DNA from: Alphaproteobacteria bacterium
Lineage (GTDB): Bacteria; Pseudomonadota; Alphaproteobacteria; TMED109
Direction of reading: 5' to 3'
DNA length: 64,000 bases
Assembly: GCA_022824395.1 (NCBI GenBank)
Contig: JAJDZX010000037.1
Coordinates: 114,985 to 178,984, forward strand
The translations under genes were made by a program, and so were the position numbers. Of this stretch, positions 58,629 to 64,000 are shown one piece after another. Below the pieces are notes generated by a model. The model saw only the letters and a list, made by a program, of their open reading frames with translations. It was not told the DNA's origin and did not search any database. Position 1 is the stretch's first letter; the number at the start of each line of letters is the position of its first letter.

Positions 58629-59180
58629 TCACGATGCCCTCCACTTGATGGTGCATCCCATGCTCGGGTGCTGCTCCTGCGGGCCCCCGCGCCCTGCTGC
58701 GATGTCCTTCATGGCTTCGTAGAGGTCCCGCCTGCTCCCGTCACGCGCATCGGCGCGCGCATCGTCCAGCCGGCCGCGGTACTGGAGCCCGCCGCTCTGG
58801 TCAAAACCGAAGAAATCGGGAGTGCAGACGGCGCCGTAGGCCCGCGCGACGGCCTGGGTACGGTCAATCAGGTACGGAAACGGAAAGCGGTGTTCGGCGG
58901 CGAACGTGCGCATGTGAGGGAAATCGTCGGCCGGATACGCCTCGGTGTCGTTGGGCATGATCGCCGCGATGCCGACCCCGTGCTCGCTGAGGTCTTCGGC
59001 GTCCCGCGTGATCTTCCGCGCGGCCGCGACGACGTACGGACAATGGTTGCAGATGAACATCACCAGGGTCGCGCGCGGGCCGGCCACGTCCGCAAACGTC
59101 CAGCTTCGGTCATCGACACCGGGCAGATCGAACGCCGGCGCCTGCCAGCCGAAGTCGCAGATCGGGGTCTGTGCGGCCAT
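58629..59180 (-). CDS. Thioredoxin-fold (redoxin/AhpC-TSA-like) protein
   Basis: ORF 58629..59258. The start is set at MAAQTPICDF (cat at 59178-59180, with a CAGGAGGA RBS). Contains LVMFICNHCPYV (CxxC). Its stop lies 3 nt upstream of the reductase gene start. Confidence 0.8.
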   Translation of the reverse strand: MAAQTPICDFGWQAPAFDLPGVDDRSWTFADVAGPRATLVMFICNHCPYVVAAARKITRDAEDLSEHGVGIAAIMPNDTEAYPADDFPHMRTFAAEHRFPFPYLIDRTQAVARAYGAVCTPDFFGFDQSGGLQYRGRLDDARADARDGSRRDLYEAMKDIAAGRGGPQEQHPSMGCTIKWRAS

Positions 59181-59289
59181 CGGGTCCTCCTGCGCGGTAG
59201 CGCTTGCATTTGAGGGAATTCGGTAGACATTGGGCGGTTCGACGTGCGGTCCCCGCACTGCGAGAATACCCCGGTTCCGGAGCCAGCCA

Positions 59290-59955
59290 ATGCCGATAGG
59301 TGTGGACTACGAGGGCCGCCTGGTCGTTGTCACGGGCGCGGCCGGCAACCTCGGGCGCGTGGTCGTCGATGTGCTGCGGTCGCTGAACGCCGACGTCCAG
59401 ACGCCCAAGGATCCGGTCGACGGAGGCCCCGACCTTGCCCGCGAGTCGGCTGTCCACCTGTGGTACCGGCGGCATCCGACGATATGGGCGTCGATCAATC
59501 TGGCGGGCGGGTTTGCCATGGCGGATGTCGGCGATACCCCGGAGGATCTCCTTCAGCACATGTGGCGGACCAACGCGCGTTCCTGTTTCTTGTGCTGCCG
59601 AGAAGCCATCCGGATCTTCCGCGAGCGCGGGGGCGGAGGCAGGATCGTGAACGTGGCGGCGCGGGCGGCGCTCGAGCCCAAGAACGCGGCCGGAATGGTG
59701 GCGTATGCGCTGAGCAAGAGTGCCGTCGCCACGATGACGGAAGCGCTTGGTGAGGAGGTCGGCAGCGAGAACATCTTCATCAACGCGATCGCTCCCTCGA
59801 TCCTGGACACCGAGGAGAACCGGCGGGCGCAGCCCGATGCCGACTACTCGGCCTGGGTTTCCCTCGAAGCTGCGGCGCAGACGATCGCCTTCCTGGCGTC
59901 ACCGCAGAATCACGCGATCCGCAGCGCCGTCATTCCGCTCTACGCGACCGGCTGA
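59290..59955 (+). CDS. Short-chain dehydrogenase/reductase (SDR) family protein
   Basis: ORF 59230..59955. The start is set at MPIGVDYEGRLVVVTGAAGNLG. Contains ..YALSKSAV.. (YxxxK). Confidence 0.82.
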   Translation: MPIGVDYEGRLVVVTGAAGNLGRVVVDVLRSLNADVQTPKDPVDGGPDLARESAVHLWYRRHPTIWASINLAGGFAMADVGDTPEDLLQHMWRTNARSCFLCCREAIRIFRERGGGGRIVNVAARAALEPKNAAGMVAYALSKSAVATMTEALGEEVGSENIFINAIAPSILDTEENRRAQPDADYSAWVSLEAAAQTIAFLASPQNHAIRSAVIPLYATG

Positions 59956-60088
59956 TCCCCTCCCAAACCGGCGCGCAGGGAGCTGTGGGACACCTGAGCG
60001 GGCAGATGCCTTGCGCCTGCGGGCGACGGCACTATGTTCCATCGGGCAGTCCGCGACCCCGCCCTCTCTTCGAACCCATCTCAAAGTG

Positions 60089-60820
60089 ATGCCAGCACTG
60101 CTCGAAATTGACCGGCTGACCCGGAACTTCGGTCCGTTCACTGCCGTCGACGACATCTCCTTCACGGTCAAACAGGGCGAAGTCCTGGGGTTCCTGGGGC
60201 CCAACGGCGCCGGAAAGACCACCACCATGCGGATGGTGGCGGGCTATCTGCCGCCGAGCCAGGGCACGGTCCGCATCGGCGGCTTCGATGTCCAGGACCA
60301 TCCCCGCGAAATCAAGCGCCAGCTCGGATACCTCCCGGAAGGCGCCCCGCTGTACGGCGAGATGACGGTCGACGCGATCCTTCACTTCGCGGCGTCGGCG
60401 CGCGGGATGGAGTCCGGCATCCGCCGGCAGCGCACCGAATACGTGATCGAACGGCTGCGGCTCGAAAGCGTGCTGTACCAGCAGGTCGAGACCCTGTCGA
60501 AGGGCTTCAAGCGGCGCGTGGGCCTGGCGCTCGCGATCCTGCACGATCCCGGGGTACTGGTCCTGGATGAACCGACCGATGGACTGGATCCCAACCAGAA
60601 GCATGAGGTCCGCGAACTCATCAAGACCATGGCGGGTAGCAAGGCAATCGTGATTTCCACCCACATCCTCGAAGAGGTCGACGCGGTCTGCACGCGGGCG
60701 ATGATCATCGCCCACGGCCGCAAGCTGATCGACGGCACGCCGGCCAGCCTGCTGGCTGAGGCCGGCAACGCCGGCACGCTCGACGACGTGTTCCGGAAGC
60801 TGACCGGGAGGAGCGAATGA
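60089..60820 (+). CDS. ABC transporter ATP-binding protein (GldA-like)
   Basis: ORF 59747..60820. The start is set at MPALLEIDRLTRNFG. Contains Walker A GPNGAGKTT, signature LSKGFKRRV and Walker B LVLDEPT. Confidence 0.9.
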   Translation: MPALLEIDRLTRNFGPFTAVDDISFTVKQGEVLGFLGPNGAGKTTTMRMVAGYLPPSQGTVRIGGFDVQDHPREIKRQLGYLPEGAPLYGEMTVDAILHFAASARGMESGIRRQRTEYVIERLRLESVLYQQVETLSKGFKRRVGLALAILHDPGVLVLDEPTDGLDPNQKHEVRELIKTMAGSKAIVISTHILEEVDAVCTRAMIIAHGRKLIDGTPASLLAEAGNAGTLDDVFRKLTGRSE

Positions 60821-61554
60821 CGAACCCCGTCGTCGCCGTCCTCAGGCGCGAACTCGTCAGCTATTTCGTCACGCCGGTCGCCTATGTCTTCATCGCAATC
60901 TTTCTGCTGATGGCCTCGCTGCTGACGTTCCACATGGGGAATTTCTTCGATCGGGGCCAGGCCGACCTGTATGCGTTCTTCCAGTGGCACCCCTGGCTGT
61001 ACCTGTTTCTGGTTTCCGCCATTGCGATGCGCCTCTGGTCCGAGGAACGCAAGACCGGGACGCTGGAAATCCTGATGACGCTCCCGATTTCGGCCGGGCA
61101 GGCCGTCGTCGGGAAGTTCCTGGCCGCCTGGATCTTCACCGGCATTGCGCTCGGCCTGACCTTCCCGCTCTGGATCACGGTGGCCTACCTCGGCGACCCG
61201 GACCACGGCGTCATCATCGGCAGTTACGTCGGAAGCTTCCTGATGGCCGGCGGGTACCTGGCGATCGGCTCCTGCGTATCGGCGCTCACCCGCAACCAGG
61301 TCATCGCCTTCGTGGTGTCGGTGAGCGTCTGCTTCCTGTTCACGGTCAGCGGTCTTCCGATCGTCCTGAACTTCTTTTCCGCCTGGACGCCGCAGGCCCT
61401 GCTCGACGCCATCGCGTCGTTCAGCTTCCTGACGCACTTCAACGATCTCAGCCGCGGGGTCATCGATCTTCGGGATCTGGTGTTCTTCGGTTCCCTGATC
61501 GTCGGGGCGCTCCTGCTGAACACCGTCATCATCGACGCCAAACGCGGCAGCTGA
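60817..61554 (+). CDS. ABC-2 type permease (GldF-like)
   Basis: 245 aa with six predicted TMs. Contains RRELVSYFVTPVAYVFIAIF..WSEERKTGTLEILMTLPIS. There is an ATGA overlap with the ATPase gene. Confidence 0.85.
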   Translation: MTNPVVAVLRRELVSYFVTPVAYVFIAIFLLMASLLTFHMGNFFDRGQADLYAFFQWHPWLYLFLVSAIAMRLWSEERKTGTLEILMTLPISAGQAVVGKFLAAWIFTGIALGLTFPLWITVAYLGDPDHGVIIGSYVGSFLMAGGYLAIGSCVSALTRNQVIAFVVSVSVCFLFTVSGLPIVLNFFSAWTPQALLDAIASFSFLTHFNDLSRGVIDLRDLVFFGSLIVGALLLNTVIIDAKRGS

Positions 61555-61557
61555 CCG

Positions 61558-63462
61558 ATGCTCCAGAAACAACGCACGCTTGCCACCGGCGCCTGGCTGG
61601 GCCTCACGATCGCGGCCTTCATCGCCGTGAACGTGCTGTCCGGAGCCCTGCTCCGGAACGCGCGGATCGATCTGACCGCCGAGGGGCTCTACACGCTTTC
61701 GGACAGCACCCAGCACGTGCTGGACAACCTGGCCGAGCCCATCTCCCTGCGCCTCTTCTTCTCGGAGCAGTTGAGCCGCGATATCACGCCGATCCGCGAC
61801 TACGAGCGCCGGGTGCGCGAGCTGCTCGAGCAGTACGTCGCGTCGGCCGACGGCCTGATCGAACTCGAACGCATCGACCCGGTCCCGTTCTCGGACGAGG
61901 AAGACCTTGCCGTGGTCTACGACCTGCAGGGCGTTCCCATCAGCTCGGCCGGCGAACGCCTCTACTTCGGTCTGGTGGCCACCAACAGCACCGACGACAC
62001 GGAACGCATTCCCTTCTTCGAGCGCGAACGGGAAGCATTCCTCGAATACGACCTAACCCGGATCATCTACGACCTGGCCAACCCGCGGCGCGTGAAAGTG
62101 GGTCTGGTGACGTCGCTTCCGGTCGCCGGCGGGCTGCCGACGGAAGAGAGCCCCCCAACCGATTTCGTGCCGCCGTGGGCGATCCACGGGCAGCTGCTGC
62201 AGCTGTTCGACGTCGAGAACCTGGGGCCCGCGCCGACCGAGATTGGCGACGACATCGACATCCTCATGGTCGTGCACCCGAAGGAACCGAAGCCCGAGCT
62301 GCTCTACCTCATCGACCAGTTCGTCATGAGCGGGCGCGGCGCGATCTTCTTCGTCGACCCGTTCTCGGAAATCGAGTTCTCGTACATCGATCCGCAGCAG
62401 CGCCGCATCTACATCCCCTACTCCAACCTCTCGGACCTCTTCCAGCCATGGGGCTTCGAGCTCGCTCCCGGCGAGGTCGTCGCCGACCGCCTGGCGGCGC
62501 GAAAGGTGGGCATCGGGGGCGGACAGGTCGTCGACTACGTCCTCTGGCTGGCCCTGCTCGACCCGTCGTTCAGCAAGGACGACGTCATTACCGCCAACCT
62601 GGAACGCCTGTTCATGCATTCGTCCGGCTGGCTGCGACCCACCGAGGAGAATCCGGCGCCGGGTTTCACCTCCCTGGTGCGGGCCTCGCCCCAATCGATG
62701 TCGGTCGAGCGCTTTCGCATCCAGGTCCGGCCCGATCCGATGCAACTGCTGGCCGATTTCGTGGCCGACACCGAGGTGCGGGTGCTGGCGGCGCGGGTTA
62801 CCGGGGCGCTGCCCTCAGCCTTCCCGGAGGGCCCGCCGGGTGATGCCGACACCGGCGAAGATCCCGCCGCCGTACCGACGGGACACCGGGCCGCTGCCGA
62901 CACCGCGCACCTCATCGTCGTGGCGGACTCCGACTTCCTCGCCGACAACGTGTGGGTGGCGACGCGGGAGTTCTTCGGACGGACGAGCGCCGTGCCGACG
63001 GCCGACAACGGTTCGTTCGTGATCAATGCGCTGGAGTCGCTGGCCGGCGGCGGCGAGCTGATCGGGTTGCGGAGCCGCGGCTCCTCGATCCGGCCGTTCA
63101 CGGTCGTGCAGGACCTCGAGCGCGAGGCAGAGACCCGGTATCGCGAAACCGAACGCGCGCTGCAGGGACAGCTGCAGGATACCGAGAACAGGCTGCGGGA
63201 GCTGCAGGGCGCGGTGTCCCAGGACACGGAGCAGGGTGCGCCGATCCTGACGGCTGAACAGCGCGAAACGATCGCCGAATTCCGCGAACAGATTGTCACG
63301 ATCCGCAAGCGCCTGCGCGACGTTCAGTACGAACTCCGGAGCGACATCGACGCACTGTCCGCGCGCCTCCAAGCCCTCAACAGCTACGTCATGCCGGTGC
63401 TGGTCGTCATCGCCGCCCTGATCGTGCCGATCGTACGGCGGCGGCGGAGGCAGTCCCGATGA
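61558..63462 (+). CDS. GldG-family ABC transport auxiliary protein
   Basis: 634 aa. It has an N-terminal TM, ARIDLTAEGLYTLSDSTQHVL..PISLRLFFS, a C-terminal coiled coil and a terminal TM (..VMPVLVVIAALIVPIVRRRRRQ). Confidence 0.82.
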   Translation: MLQKQRTLATGAWLGLTIAAFIAVNVLSGALLRNARIDLTAEGLYTLSDSTQHVLDNLAEPISLRLFFSEQLSRDITPIRDYERRVRELLEQYVASADGLIELERIDPVPFSDEEDLAVVYDLQGVPISSAGERLYFGLVATNSTDDTERIPFFEREREAFLEYDLTRIIYDLANPRRVKVGLVTSLPVAGGLPTEESPPTDFVPPWAIHGQLLQLFDVENLGPAPTEIGDDIDILMVVHPKEPKPELLYLIDQFVMSGRGAIFFVDPFSEIEFSYIDPQQRRIYIPYSNLSDLFQPWGFELAPGEVVADRLAARKVGIGGGQVVDYVLWLALLDPSFSKDDVITANLERLFMHSSGWLRPTEENPAPGFTSLVRASPQSMSVERFRIQVRPDPMQLLADFVADTEVRVLAARVTGALPSAFPEGPPGDADTGEDPAAVPTGHRAAADTAHLIVVADSDFLADNVWVATREFFGRTSAVPTADNGSFVINALESLAGGGELIGLRSRGSSIRPFTVVQDLEREAETRYRETERALQGQLQDTENRLRELQGAVSQDTEQGAPILTAEQRETIAEFREQIVTIRKRLRDVQYELRSDIDALSARLQALNSYVMPVLVVIAALIVPIVRRRRRQSR

Positions 63463-64000
63463 GACGCCTAGTCGCCTTCGCCGTCGGCACCGTGGTGGTC
63501 GTCGTGGTGGCGGTCGCGGCCACCGTCTGGCGGGATTCGAGCCTGCAGCGCACCAGCGAACCCCAGCGCGTGTTCCCGTCCCTGATGGATGAGATCAATT
63601 CGGTGCAGGGTGTGCGCGTCGAGAGCGAACGCGGAACCTTCCGAATCGTCCGAGGCGAGGACGGCGACTGGACACTGCCGGAGCTCGCCGACTATCCGGT
63701 GGAAGCCGACCGGGTGAAGAAGCTGCTGGTGTCGATGTCCGTGCTCGAGACGCTGGAGTCGCGAACGTCGGACCCGGAACGGCACGGCGCGCTGGGCCTC
63801 AACGATCCCACCGCGGCCGAGGGCGGCGCCGTCGCAGTGTCCCTCGTTGACGCGGGTGACACCACCCTGGCTGCGCTCCTCGTCGGCCGCGACGCCAGCG
63901 GCAATCAACAGGCGCGCTACGTGCGCCGGGCCGGAGAGGATCAGACCTGGCTGGTCTGGCGGAATTTCGACCTGCCCGGCCAACCGATGGGCTGGCTGGA
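63459..64000 (+). CDS. DUF4340-like protein, C-terminus cut by window edge
   Basis: Not in the ORF track because there is no stop. The ATG at 63459 overlaps the GldG stop (ATGA). The translation is MRRLVAFAVGTVVVVVVAVAATVW..VFPSLMDEINSVQGVRVES..FRIVRGEDGDWTLPELADYPVEADRVKKLL.. The family name is from memory of the usual GldG neighbour. Confidence 0.65.
   Translation, partial: MRRLVAFAVGTVVVVVVAVAATVWRDSSLQRTSEPQRVFPSLMDEINSVQGVRVESERGTFRIVRGEDGDWTLPELADYPVEADRVKKLLVSMSVLETLESRTSDPERHGALGLNDPTAAEGGAVAVSLVDAGDTTLAALLVGRDASGNQQARYVRRAGEDQTWLVWRNFDLPGQPMGWL

Overview
High-GC (about 65-68% by eye) chromosomal core segment, almost certainly alphaproteobacterial. The evidence is a three-gene pntAA/pntAB/pntB, pal-cpoB-tilS-ftsH-folP..glmM-thiD synteny, and mraZ-rsmH at the head of the dcw cluster. 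I can support about 58 protein genes, RNase P RNA, tRNA-Thr(UGU), and a split tRNA-Leu(UAA) gene. Most content is housekeeping: propionyl-CoA carboxylase, transhydrogenase, EF-P, FtsH, GlmM, Map, DegP and similar. I saw no rRNA, CRISPR, transposase, integrase or recognisable phage-defence genes. Items worth a second look: (1) a tRNA-Leu(UAA) gene interrupted between U34 and A35 by a 225-nt ORF-less group I intron of the cyanobacterial/plastid type, which standard tRNA finders would miss; (2) an orphan MotA/TolQ-like plus MotB-like pair whose B subunit carries about 20 tandem 28-residue (84-bp) helical repeats between the Asp-containing TM and the OmpA-type peptidoglycan anchor; (3) a lower-GC PQQ beta-propeller dehydrogenase-like gene that, by eye, lacks the Cys-Cys ring and catalytic Asp, coupled to a cytochrome c and a small secreted protein; (4) a translationally coupled MoxR-DUF58-DUF4381(fusion)-VWA-VWA-TPR operon; (5) a GldA/F/G-like ABC system plus DUF4340. 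All calls come from reading the ORF translations and the sequence by eye. No searches or computations were run, so start codons, GC statements and family names recalled from memory are approximate.
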